Shown piece after piece: positions 24,751-36,419 of a stretch of DNA of 64,000 bases (positions are counted from its first letter, which is position 1; each line of letters begins with the position of its first letter). The notes beneath the pieces are model-generated. The model was not told where the DNA came from. It saw nothing but the letters and a program-made list of their open reading frames with translations, and did no database searches. The position numbers and the translations under genes were made by a program. The stretch comes from Octopus vulgaris (Eukaryota): the NCBI GenBank assembly GCA_951406725.2, contig OX597837.1:15128001-15192000 (forward strand), written 5' to 3'.

Positions 24751-25164
24751 CCAATACAACATATATCAGATGTTGCTACACATCGCTAGTCACAATGCGT
24801 TTTGCATTGTTTTAGCCTTCAAATGACGCCACCTTGTTGGCTAAGCGAGCAGGCCAACAGAAGAAAGAGTGGGAGAAAGTTGTGGCAAAAGAGTACGGCA
24901 CTCTCTTGGATTACAAACATATAACTTTGGAGTTTAGAACTGCTTTAGTCATTTCATGTCTCCAAAGATGGCATCAGATACTTCTGAGTCTGCCTCAGTG
25001 GAGTGAATCCTAAAGAAAGAAGATTCAAAAACATCAATCAGCTCAGAACCATCTTGCTGCTCAATGATAAAGGGAAGATATTATTTTATCTCACTACAGG
25101 ACATCGGTAAAATAGAGATGAGTATAATGCAAAGCTCTGTGCTTCTAGCCTTGACAAAGCCACA

Positions 25165-25396
25165 ACCCTTCAACACCAATCGAAGGAGAGGAGCTTTCTC
25201 CGTCCGGGTTGCGGATCCGTGGAACAAGCTGCCAGACGAGATGGTGAAGATGCCGACGACCGCTTTGTTCAAAGCCTCCCTGGACCTCAAGTGGCCTGAA
25301 CTCTTTACATGAACACCACCCTGTACTTAACTCCATGTCCCCCTACATGGCCTTGCTATTTGCTTTTGAGCCAAATTAACTAACTAACTAACTAAC
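25165..25396 (+). mobile_element. 5'-truncated CR1/L2-type LINE 3' end with (TAAC)n tail
   Basis: RRGAFSVRVADPWNKLPDEMVKMPTTALFKASLD matches the R..FS.RV...WN.LP......FK..LD C-terminus; short 3' UTR and tetranucleotide tail; CpGs retained, so probably young. Confidence 0.8.
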
Positions 25397-28300
25397 CAAA
25401 GTTAGCAACAACATCGGACAGAACCAGCTAACAACAGAACCTCCATACACTCACCCAACTTGCTAGAGTAACCCTACCAGCTTAAAAAAAAAAAAATAGG
25501 GAAGGCCATAATAGATAAAGTATTTCTCTATACCCTTAAAATGATTGGACAGTTTTAACTGGAAGGCCCTTAATTATAGCCATGGGCAATCAGGATTGTT
25601 CTGGGGGGTAAAAAGCAGCCTCAACACATACCACATACATTGAAGTTTTGAACACTTCCCACACCTATTCATTAGGCCATAAGCAAATAATACAAATATT
25701 CATCGATTTAAGGGTTCTTTAATCTCGTTTTCATTATAAGCAACCATATTGAGCTGTATATTCAGGCTTTTCGGGTTAGCTTTACTGATTGAATTCTCAA
25801 CTAATGGTGAATCCACATCTTATTTCCTGTAGCTTTGTGTATACCCTCCTCTTCCCCATCCTTCTCCCATCTTCCTCTTCCTCCTTGTCGTTGTCGTCAT
25901 CACTGCCACCACCACCAGCCACTTTTACGTCAACTTTTCCATGTTTGCATAGGTTGAATGGGTGTTGTTAAATACAGCATCCTGTTCCTATTGTCATCTG
26001 TAATCACCTCTATGAGAATTCAGCCTCTTGAGATCAACTTTTACCAATTTCCATCCATGACTTCTCCAACCTTCCTCTCCCACCGTTTCCTTCTACTTGA
26101 ACCTCCTGGAACTTCTTCCACACACATTGCACATCCAAACCAGTGCCTTCATCTCTCTTGCACACCACATCTGGTTCCTCTTATGCTCAATTTTTCTCTC
26201 AGCCCATCTGTGCTTCATCCTTTGTCCAGTGAAGGATGATTCATTCATTTTCCTCTGACCTTCACTCATAATGTGCATTTAACACTTCTGTCTCATTACT
26301 ACACAACGCTGTCCTTATCTTGTTTTTTTTTCTTTTCTTTTTTTTACTTGTTTCAGTCATTTGGCTGTGGCCATGCTGGAGCACCACCTTTAGTCGAGCA
26401 AATCGACCCTAGGATTTATTCTTTGTAAGCCTAGTACTCATTCTATCGGTCTCTAATGCCGAACCGCTAAGTTACGGAGATGAAAACATACCAGCATTGG
26501 TAGTCAAGCGATGTTGGGGGGACAAACATAGACACACAAACACACACACACATATACATATATATATATATATATAATAATAAATATTAGGGAATAAATC
26601 CAAATTTACAGGAAAAAATCAGTGGTTTTGTCTCTAATAATATTATATATATATATATATATATATGACGGGCTTCTTTCAGTTTACGCCTACCAAATCC
26701 ACTCACAAGGCTTTGGTCGACCCGAGGCTACAGTAGAAGGTGCTTGCCCAAGGTGCCACACAGTGAAACCAAACCCGGAACCATGTGGTTGGTATGCAAG
26801 CTACTTACCACATGGCCACTCCTACGCCTGTTTTGTATGTTTTTCAAGCACTGACCTCCATTGTTGATTAGGTCACCTTGGTAGCTGAAGTTTTGCTATA
26901 TCCTGACCAAAAATCCTGTTGTTGTTATCATCTCTGCCAACAAAGTTACTTGGATTTTGGTGAACTCTGGTCAGTTATTTTGGACAGACAGTTTTGCTCT
27001 ATTATCATTCTCCTTACAGCTTGTTATTATTCCGATGTTGCTACCTCTTTCTATATTTTCTTGGGTCCCCTCCCTTTTGTTATCTTATTTCCATTGAAAT
27101 ACACTGATACTGTTTTAATAAATTTTGAAAATGAGGAATTTAGTTAAAGAACATTTTCCCAACACATAAAAAGCACCCACTACACTCATGGAGTGGTTGG
27201 TGTTAGGAAGGGTATCCAGCTGTAGAAACCTTATGAGATCAGATTGGAGCCTGATGTAGCCTTCTGGCTTGCCAGTCCTCAGTCAAACCATCCAACCCAT
27301 ACCAGCTTGGAAAGCAGATGTTAAACGATGATGATGATGATACACAGACAGATACCTTTAATGTATCATAATGTTCATAAAACCTGGCCTAGACACTGCG
27401 GGCTTCCCATCCCAGCTCAAACCAGTGGGGTTAGACTGAGGAGACAGTAGAAGGCCAGAGATGGTATGACAATTTTCCTTGGCACCAGTCTGCAGACTAC
27501 CACTTTGAGTAACATTGGGTTAGAGGACAGATTGTGTGTGTGTGAGAGAGAGAGAGTGAGAGGTGGGAGGCATGGCTGTAAAGGACATGACATTATGTCT
27601 GGTTATGATTTTATTGAGCTTGACATATCTTCTCAAGCACAATAAATTACCAGAAGTTGGTTCCTAGACATCTCCTTTGTGAGGCTCTGAATTCTGAAAA
27701 CATGTCAGTGTTCAAGATTGCCATTGTTTCAAAATATATTTTTTTGCTTAGATAGTTAAATGTTATAAACACACCACACATTTATTTGTATGTCTGTATC
27801 TATGACCCTGTGTCTATCTTTTTATCTTAAGTAAAAGATAAAAGGTAGACGCAGGGCCATAGATACAGACATAAGTGTGTGGTGTATGTCAGCCATTGGA
27901 ATGCAACCATGCTGGGACACCATCTTGAAGGGTTTCATTGAATAAACTGACCCCTGTATTTATTTTAAAGTTTGGTTCTTATTCTATCGGTTGCTTTTAT
28001 CACTAAGTTACAGAGATGTAAACAAACTAACACTGGCTGTCAAGTGGGGATGGGAGAGGGGTTGGACAAGCACAATGACACACACACACTCATTTGTATA
28101 TATGATAGGCTTCCACACAGTTTCCAATCTACTATAGTCATTCACAAGGCATTGCTTGGTCCAGGGTTACAGTCGAAAACATTTGCCCTGGGTGCTGCAC
28201 AGTGGGACTGAACCTGAGACCAAGTGGTTGCAAAGGAAGCTTTTTAACCACACAACCATGCCTGTGTCAAATATTATTTGGCAGAATCATTAGAACACTA

Positions 28301-28839
28301 GGGGGAAAAAAAAAAACTTTGCAACAATTTGTTTGGGTTCTTTACACTGTGAGTTCAAATCTTGCCAAAGTCAACTTTGCCTTACATCCTTCTGGGTTCA
28401 ACAAAACAGAGTACCAGTCAAATACTGTGATTGATATAACTGACAGACCCCCTCCCCTCAAAATTACTGGCCTTGTGCCTATATTAGTAGCAATTATTTT
28501 TATCAAAGAAAAGGAATCATCATCATCATCATCACTACCACCACCACCACCACCACCATCTTCATCATTATTATAATTAATTTTTTTTTTTAATTTGAAA
28601 TATGTATTATTTAATGTAATTAATTTTTACCCCAAATATACTCATTTAAATTTTTTTTTGTCCGAAATTACCGAACTAAAGTAAATTTTAAGATCTGTAT
28701 ATTTTAAAGCCGTATTAATTGTCAGGGGTAAAACAAACAAAAAAAAAAAAAAGAAAGAAAACGTGTATTTCATTTATGAGAGATTTATTAGCGAGTTAAT
28801 TAAATTTTCAAAATGCCAAAATTCGTAGACGGTTAAAAC

Positions 28840-29097
28840 GTGAAAGAGAGTAGGAGTCGCCTTGTCGTACGCCTACCGCACTCCTCCGCCGCCGCCGCCT
28901 TCGCCCCCTCCCGTCCGCCTCTGCCGCCGCCGCCTCCGCCTTCCCCAACTCTTTTTCCCGTGGCCGCCATCTTAAGCGAAGCAGCCCAGCCATTTTTACT
29001 GGCAAGTCGGGGGGCCTGGCTCTCCTTCCGAGAAATTTTTACGCCCGGACTACACATTCAAATACCTCCCTGTTGTCTCTTTTGATGAGCCAAGCTT
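28840..29097 (+). other. EIF4G2: eIF4G2 promoter and 5' leader exon 1
   Basis: Most GC/CpG-rich patch in the window; donor CTT/GTAAGT at 29098; single ATG at 29085. The 5' boundary is uncertain. Confidence 0.7.
28949..28997 (+). promoter_or_regulatory. TCT-like initiator (CTCTTTTTCC) followed by YY1 motifs GCCGCCATCTT and GCCATTTT
   Basis: Direct motif matches; this layout is known from translation-machinery promoters. Confidence 0.55.
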
Positions 29098-29610
29098 GTA
29101 AGTAATTGCCTTCGCTACTCAAATCTCCCGTTCGGTCTGCTTCTAGGCTTATTTTCCTCTCCAAATCAAATGTTTTTTCCTCAAAACTCGATTTTCTCTT
29201 TTCTCGTCTCACCCGAGTTGTCTCCCTTTGCAGCCACATTTTTCTTTAAAAAATCGTTTTTTCTTCATCAAAAACACATTTTTATTAATCCCAAACCTTC
29301 TTACATAATTCCGAACCATTCACCATAGCTGAGTATGCTACATCGGTCACTCGAACACCCAGAAATATGAGATTCTATTTAAAACAACCCCCGTCTCTGT
29401 CTTCGTTAATTCCGTGGCGTTGTCGATTTCCTTTTTAAATTATGAACAACCAAAAAATACAATTTTCATTCGCTTTCCTTCCAAGAAATAAAAATCTAAC
29501 ATCGATATCGCATTCCTGGAAACTGGAAGTCGTTTTTTTTTATATTTCATATAAAAAAATTATTTAATAGTAAAAAATAATTCTTTGGATGGGAAACAGC
29601 GGTTGGTTTG

Positions 29611-29850
29611 TCTCCCGTGATGCTTTGCTCCACTAATTTCATGCAGCGAAAAGGAACAAATTTAATTTTTTAAAAGCAGGAATATTTCACATTCATTTAA
29701 ACGAAAAACCAAACCTTATTTAATAATAATAGATTACAATAATTATTTTCAAAAAACCCCGATCTTTGTTTTAACGATGAAGAGAGAGGGTTGTCTGTCC
29801 AAAGAGGTTTCGTAGCTTTTTTTTTTCCCGTTCCTCCCGTGATGCACTGC
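29611..29850 (+). promoter_or_regulatory. Two Staf/ZNF143 binding-site-like motifs
   Basis: tctcccgtgatgctttgc (29611-29628) and cctcccgtgatgcactgc (29833-29850) versus the SBS consensus YYWCCCRNMATSCMYYRC. Confidence 0.45.
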
Positions 29851-29883
29851 TGCAGTGATATAATGGATTTGCCAGCTTAAAAA

Positions 29884-30158
29884 CCCCCCACACTGATTAT
29901 TATTATTATTATTATTTAACGAGCACTGATTCTTTTTTTTTTTTAATTAAAGGTAAGCCCTTCTAAATTATCTTTCACCCCCACACTTATTATTATTATC
30001 ATTATTATTTAACGAGCACCGATTCCTCTTTTTTCTTTAATTAAAGGTAAGCCCTTCTAATTGTTATCTTTCACCCCCCACACTGATTATTATTATTTAA
30101 CGAGCACTGGTTCTTTTTTTTTCTTTAATTAAAGGTAAGCCCTTCTAATTATCTTTCA
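29884..30158. repeat. Three-copy tandem repeat of about 90 bp
   Basis: Unit ccccacac..(tta)n tttaacgagcac..Yn taattaaaggtaagcccttctaa..tatctttca. Confidence 0.95.
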
Positions 30159-30276
30159 ATATCTGTAGGTTTAAATATTGATGTTATTGGGGTAAAAGAA
30201 AGAAAAAAACGATTGAGAAATATTGGTTAATTCTTCGCCACTGCTGGAGTGGTGTCGTCCTTAGAATGTTCAGCTG

Positions 30277-30501
30277 ATGGCTGGTGTGTAATTATAAAGA
30301 CACCAGTTGAGACTTTTAACTCCAGCCGCCATCATCACTGCCAATCGGTTCTCCCTTTCATCATACATATATATATCTATGAATATATATACACACACAC
30401 GCACAGATATATATATAATATACATGGCTGTGTGTAATTAAAAGACACCAGTTGAGACTAATTGGCCGCCATCATCCCTCACAATCATTGCTCCCTTTCA
30501 T
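30277..30501. repeat. Two-copy direct repeat of about 80 bp
   Basis: atggctg(g)tgtgtaatta(t)aaagacaccagttgagact...gccgccatcat...ctccctttcat at 30277 and 30424. Confidence 0.85.
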
Positions 30502-33500
30502 TAAATATATATATATATATTTATATATGTATGTTCGGCAAAAATTTAGATTCAGATGAATATGGTACTTGAGTTAAAGGCACCAGAATTTGGTCTGGTA
30601 TTATCCATATAAATCAAATGAGTGCTCTACATTTTAAAACTGATGTAATACTTTCATTGTTTAATTAAATGAAGTGGCATGAAACGATTGTACTACACTA
30701 CCTCTGGACACCCTTGTTGCTTATTCTGATTATATATATATATACACATATATATAATCTACACGCCTGTATAATGTGTGTGTGTGATATACATATTGGT
30801 GTATGATCGTATATATCCTGTAATATATAATATACTGTATGTAATCTACATGCTTGTAAAATGTTCTTGTGGATATATGTATATAACTATGTAATAATAT
30901 ACACATTTGTGCATGTATGTATATCGTGTAATTATATATATATATATATATACACATGTATAGTATACATAGACATGACTATACTTTCCAGCTTTCGGAT
31001 CAAATAAGCGATTTGTAACTAAATTTTCATAAATTTGTGTCTACTGGTTGTGCAAAGATCAATTTTTCTTTAGATATTTAAATAAAATAAAAAAGAATCG
31101 AGAATCTTGGAAGCTTTCGATCGTTTGAAAGAACTGGATATTTTACTTTAAAATGTTCTTTTCATACATCGCCGTTCCTTTATTCCATTGCATGACCCCT
31201 CCCTCTAAATATCTTTTGATTTTTGGACAGCATTTGTGAGAAATATGTATATATATATGTGTGTGTATCTGAGGGGTTGTAGGTTTCTGTAAAAAATTAA
31301 ATGACAAAGAAAGATATAGTGTGGTATTTATTTCGTTGAGATTAGAATTAAAAGAACAGTTGAAAGTTTGGTCATTTTTGTCACGTGTGGGGAGAGATAA
31401 AGAAAAAGATAGATGTGTCTATATCTTTGTGTGTATGTATATATATATGTGTGTATATATATGTATATTTGTGTGTATGAGATAGAAGACAATTGTGTGT
31501 AGAAAGATTGATTAGATAAAAGAGCCGTGTGTGATTATTACTTTCCAGTTTTCAGTTTGATTTCGACACAAGGCTTTCACAGCTTTCTACATAAAGGACA
31601 CAATTTAAATTGAGATATTGTGACGATCATGCCTTTCTAAAACCCGTATTGGTTCCCTTCCGGCCATCAGTTAAATGAAATAGTTTCAACCGATGGTGGG
31701 GGAATAGGGGAAAAGAGAAAAAAAAAATGAGAAAGAAAATGACCCGGCTAGTATATTTAAATATTAATTCCTCAACCAAGCTGTAGCAGGTACACACTAT
31801 GGCGACTGCTAACGGCTTTCCACCTCCTCCTCCTCTGAGCTGCTGGTTGCCCTCTGCATATCAAGACGACTGCCTCTCTTTCCATCTATCACGAATATAC
31901 ACTTTAAATAATTCTCTTCTCTCAGTCCTATATTTCCCCCTTTTTTTTTATCCTTCTCCCCTTTGCCCCCTTCATCGCTGACTTTAAGGGGCTAATTGTG
32001 TAGATTTCTAATTTATTCCGCAGTGCTTGTAATCTGTGAAATACAAATGATCCATCGTTTATTAAACATTCATAGATTGGCGACCAGATCTTTCAATATA
32101 TATATATATATGTCCTTTATTCATTTTTTCCTAATGATCATCCCATTCCATGCTATATATTTTTAAATATTAATAATTTCCTAATTTTTAAAATTCAAGC
32201 AGAAGACTGCAACTGCTCCGAACGATACCATCTGTTTTGCTGTCTTTTTAATTAATTACCAAAACCGGTTTATTTGAAGTAAATTAAGAAATGTATGTTG
32301 CACGAGCTTCGAGGTAGTAAGTCGTGGGAAAGTTGGCACTCATCTGGTGCTTTTCTGTTTAACAGGGGGTAGTGTGTTAGTAGCAGTAGTCATAACAGTG
32401 CTTGGCAGTCACTTGGAGTAAGTCTATAGCTATGGTGCTAGGCTTGGTTCTGAGACTTAAAAGAACTATTTCACCACTTCACACATCTTTTAACCAAACA
32501 CTTTCAGGATTCCGTCTCGCCGAATCTGCCGAAACCAGAAATCTACTGAAAATTTTATTTCATTCACTAAAAACAAGAATATTTAATTTGTAATTATTTA
32601 TATTTAAGAAATAGCATGTTTTAATAAATGAATTATTATTATTTTTTTAAAAACTACGCTAACCAGTATCGCTATAAAGATAATCGTATTAAATTTATTG
32701 CGAAAATTCTTTTGTATGTGAATAATTTTCTTGCTAAAGCTTTGACCTACATCTTATCTATAAGCCCCCCCCTCTTCCACAGTATATTACCCTCATTCTA
32801 GGAAGTATTATCCTGAAATCCCTTCTCTTCCTCTTAATCTTGTTTCCCTTAATTTGTAGAAATCTTCATTTGCAATAAGGATCGTTTCCAGTTGTCGTGA
32901 AAGACGATGTGTGATATAACTAACAACCGTTTTTTTTTTTTTAATATATTACCAAAACCATATTTCTTCAGAAATGTCTTGAATGAAACTTGTCGAAACA
33001 ACTAGCTGACTCTTTATATCCTTGGTTTATCTTGTAACCTGTCACGGCCCCTTTCTTCTTCTCCCTTTTTTTGTCCATTTTATTTCAAAGTCTGTCAAAT
33101 GGTTGTTGCTTTTTGTAGCGTTTAATATGCAAGTCGTACGTAGTATCTTATGTTAAGGAGGTGTGAGATCGCATCCTTATGACTCTCGGTTCCACCAAGG
33201 GGCCGTGGGACTACTGCTCTGATAGAATCTTTTCCCTTGAGCTCATTGCAAATTGATTCCCCGGCGTGTGGGTCATATGAAATAAAGCAATCAGTTATGG
33301 GCTCGAAGAATTAACAGATGTTTTTACTGAGAATATGTGACACGAGTAGGTGGACCCATGTGTGTATGTGTAGGAGGACATCGATCACCCGTGTAAGGCC
33401 AACAACGAAGCCAAATGTATTTTCAATTTTAAAACCACTATACAAATCAATCATACGATTCTTGCCTCACATTATCTAGTAGTGGTGACCACGTTCCTCC

Positions 33501-35664
33501 CAGAAGTTTTGAGAACTTTTCAATTTTTGAAGGAAATAATATGATTAGAATCTCGAAGAGATGTAGGCTATTTTAGCCAACTGATTGCATTGCATATATT
33601 AATATTCAGTGGGGATAATTTAAGAAGGAAAAAAACAAAATCTGATTATAATGTCGATTCAGTTTACGGACCCAAATATGGTTCTTGCTGTTTCGAGATC
33701 CTCTTAAAAGAATTAAACAGTTATCGCAAAAAAAAATCTATACTATAATTTATTACATTTTGTAAATATTTAAAAAAATTACTTCTGGGAATTACGATTT
33801 TGTGGTCCCCTACACACAGAGAATATGGTCAATCTCCCGGTTCTATCTTTTCGTCTACACACACAGCTTCATAAATGAAATCGAAATTAAAATTTAAAAC
33901 TATTCTTGCCATCATTTATATATATATATATATACTCTAATGCTGGTTTTCGTTTCTAGAATAATTAGTAATGAGTCCTAATAGAATTTTAGTATTTGTT
34001 TGAAAAGTTTTCGCCAGTATTTTAGTTTTTATTAACACGAATCTATTGAATCTAAACGAAAAACATGTATTTCAGATCCTCTGTAATATAATCGTTTTCA
34101 GACTGTGTGCGCGTATGTTCAAGTGTGAAGCTTCGAGAATCCATTTCCACCACTCCCCGTCAGCTTAAAGCCTGCCAAGCACTCCTTCTTCACTTCCGTC
34201 TTCGTCATAATTTTCTATTCATAAGTGTTTTACACATAAACACACGTGTCTTCTTTATTAAATAAATTGTTTCGCGATCACGCACTCCCTATCTCTCCTT
34301 CTCTCTCTCTCTCTCTCGCTCGTGTCCCCTTCTTTGCTAGCTAAGATTATGAAAAATTTCCAGTATGAGTAGCAATGATGGTTATAAATTTGGAGATGAA
34401 AAATCTAGCAATCCCCAGTGTCAGATTTTGCCATTTTCTCTGTTAGTCGGGAGTGGATACTTGGAAGCTTGGCTGCAGCTCCGCCGCGCATTCTGGTCTT
34501 TTTTTTTTTCTCTCCAGCTATAAACCGAAATTTTCTTTGATGTCTACAACACACGAAACCAATCATTGTTATCTCCTTTTCCAAGTATTTCACTTGAATG
34601 CGATGATGGCTTTTGTTGTTCGGCTGAAAATATATTCTTCTTTCTTCCATCGAATATAAAACACAGCTTTTGCGTCACGTGCTTCCAAATAAATGCGTTG
34701 TCAAGTCTTTTTTCCTTTTCTTTAAGGATTGATTTCATTCTTAATTCTTGCCTACAAAACACAGGATAAACATAAAGCCTAGATATATGGGATTATATCA
34801 CTAATATTCTTTTTTTCGGTAAATTTCTTTCTACATAAAATTATTGAAAGTAACCATTTCCGCCCATGTACCTACATTTTACGCTCACCCTACACACACA
34901 CACACACGCAAAATAATTTTCAATTCGATATTTTTTTTTTTGCGTCTTTGTTTTAAACTTTTGTGCCAATCTTATTTTTTTTATTCAGATCTCAGATATT
35001 CTTTTGTAGTTCTAGAAATTCCGAAGTTTGAGTCGTGGTTTCATAATTCTTAACTTGCCTGCGCAATTGAAAATTCGTCGGTCACACGTCCAAAAAAAAA
35101 ATCCGAAAACCAAAAAACCTTGGCATTCTTTCGACGATTGCTTCTTTCATCGAAAGAATGCCAAAACCTTTCTGTTTGTCTTGTTTGTGTTTTGTTTATC
35201 CGTCGACATTTGTGTTTGTGTGAAGTCAGTGACCACTTCCGTAAATGTTACATAAACAAAAATATCGACCTCGTTAAAATTTAGGCCATCCCTCACCGAG
35301 AAGATCTCATATTATCATCAAAATCGTTCAAGATTTTACCATCCTTGATTTTATCCGGGCATTGTATCCCTCCGCTTGTTCTTGAAGACGACAGGGAGAT
35401 TTTATTTTTCCATCCGAGCGACATTGTTGGCTCCAAATAATCTGGTGGCCTTTGTGTGAAGAATGACATAAATTTTAGCTATTTTAATGGTCTTACTAAT
35501 ACAACCTGTGGATAATTAGCAGTTGGGTTGAGTCATAGGAAAGAATCGAAGCCATGTGTAAACGTTTGCTGGACAGAACGAGTTATTTACGTGTGGCTTG
35601 GCGTATATCGAAATAATAATAATAATAATAGACAATTTAGAACTTCAGGATAGAAATTATTCAA

Positions 35665-35910
35665 TACAGTTCTATATTTAAGAGATGAGGGATTATTTAC
35701 ATTTGACGGATGTTTGTCCTCATCTTGTTTGTTGTTAACACAACGTTTCGGCTGATATACCCTCCAGCCTTCATCAGGTGTCTTGGTGAAATTTCGAACC
35801 TGGGTTCTCATTCCTAAGGTATTTCGATGTTATTATTGAGGTCACTGCCTGGAATCGAACTCGGAATCTTGGGGTTAGTAGCTCACGCTCTTAACCACTG
35901 CGCCATATGC
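35665..35910 (-). mobile_element. Composite short retroelement: tRNA-derived Pol III head plus hammerhead-containing Penelope-like body
   Basis: Head 35910-35841 with A box TGGCGCAGTGG and B box GTTCGATTCC, followed on the same strand by the hammerhead at 35782-35737. Confidence 0.7.
35737..35782 (-). ncRNA. Minimal type I hammerhead ribozyme (intact core)
   Basis: gacac-CUGAUGA-a-GGCUG gagggUaUaU CAGCC-GAAA-CG-UU-guguu: all core nucleotides present, stems I and II paired, palindromic ACGU stem III. Confidence 0.8.
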
Positions 35911-36419
35911 GAGAAAAGTGCACCATGAAAATTTTTGTAAGCACAGACGTAGTTGTGTGATAAACAGTTGGCTTTCCAATCACATGGTTCCAAGTTCAGT
36001 TCCACTGCGTGGCACCTGGGCGAATGTCTTCTACTATAGCTTCGTGCAGATCAAAGCCTTGTGAGTGGATTTGGTAAACGAAATCTGGAAGAAAACCATT
36101 ATATTATATATATCTGTTTTCCCTTGCCACTTCGTGACAACCAGTGTTGGTTTGTTTACTCCCTGTAATGTAATTCTTCAGCAAAAGTGACCGATAGAAT
36201 AAGTACCAGACTTAAAAAGAAAAGTCCTGGGATTGATTTGTTCAGCTAAAACCTTCATGGCGGTGCCCCAGCATGGTCACAATCCAGTAACTGAAACGTA
36301 AAATAGATAAAAGATCATCAGTTAACGTCTGCTTTCCATGCTGGCACATATATATATATATACACACATACACGCACACATGGTGTATGATTGGGTATAT
36401 ATAACTATGTAGGTATTAA

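Noticed and set aside
28808-29239. Ala/Pro/Gly/Arg-rich ORFs on both strands in the ORF track
   Set aside because: By-products of the (CCG)n promoter tract, with no recognisable homology.
29884-30158. CRISPR-like periodic repeat
   Set aside because: Eukaryotic context; the units repeat entirely with no unique spacers, and there are no cas genes.
35841-35910. Apparent tRNA gene on the minus strand
   Set aside because: Acceptor and anticodon stems do not pair properly, and it runs into a repeat body, so it is a SINE head.
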